A model generated the notes under the pieces. That model was not told the DNA's origin, searched no databases, and saw only the letters and a program-made list of their open reading frames with translations. From NCBI GenBank assembly GCA_963823495.1, contig CAWGLV010000001.1, forward strand, positions 1,452,886 through 1,516,885: 64,000 nt of DNA. Direction: 5' to 3'. Shown here piece after piece: positions 63,872 to 64,000 of this stretch. How positions within the stretch are numbered: the first letter of the stretch is position 1; every line of letters starts with the position of its first letter. Position numbers and translations under genes: made by a program. The stretch is from an uncultured Microthrixaceae bacterium (lineage in GTDB: Bacteria; Actinomycetota; Acidimicrobiia; Acidimicrobiales; DATDAH01).

Positions 63872-64000
63872 TCACCCTGCACCGACCCTGGCGGGCCAAC
63901 CGAAGCGGACCTCGACGCCCGGTGACCAGTGGGCGATGGGCGCACCGGACGGCGGGGGCAACCCGGCCGCGGTGAGCAGGTGGTCGTCCAACTCGACGAC
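63872..64000 (-). CDS. C-terminal end of an unidentified CDS running off the window
   Basis: The minus-strand frame from 64000 reads VVELDDHLLTAAGLPPPSGAPIAHWSPGVEVRFGWPARVGAG* with high third-position GC. It is too short to name. Confidence 0.3.
   Translation of the reverse strand, partial: VVELDDHLLTAAGLPPPSGAPIAHWSPGVEVRFGWPARVGAG

Overview
Very GC-rich, gene-dense chromosomal segment. It looks actinobacterial: F420/LLM oxidoreductases, a mycothiol-type DinB/MDMPI enzyme, DUF3039, DUF2510 and WS/DGAT are all present. About 75 protein genes are supportable. Most are housekeeping or metabolic: typA, valS, cysS, add, pcm, arfB, modABC with a TOBE regulator, an amino-acid ABC transporter, and a TetR-MFS pair. 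There is also a long lipid/acyl-CoA neighbourhood at 28.8-46.9 kb with three LLM-class oxidoreductases, a DDN-family enzyme, an orphan ACP-KS pair, an APH-like kinase, two crotonases, an acyl-CoA ligase, a D-aminoacylase and a 2x DUF35 + 2x thiolase-like operon. I recognise no rRNA, tRNA, CRISPR array, transposase, integrase or classical defence operon, so I cannot point to a clear multi-gene novel system. The unusual signals are listed here. (1) The last 114 bp of an acyl-CoA dehydrogenase gene, including its TAG stop, is triplicated in frame, with a mosaic conservation pattern. (2) A small tail-anchored Swt1-like HEPN/coiled-coil protein lies directly behind cysS. (3) A family of roughly 45-bp hairpin repeats (GGTCG-N5-CGACC core) is confined to intergenic DNA, with a cluster upstream of the DUF35/thiolase operon. 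(4) There are two G-rich intergenic tandem repeats and one nested palindromic element. (5) Several decayed genes are present: an in-frame-deleted haloalkane-dehalogenase homologue, a frameshifted ABC permease, and an orphan ACAD C-terminal fragment. (6) A DEAD-box helicase carries a C-terminal cold-shock domain. All family assignments come from motif recognition by eye; no database search was possible. Many long ORFs in the supplied track are GC-driven antisense or off-frame shadows and were not annotated.
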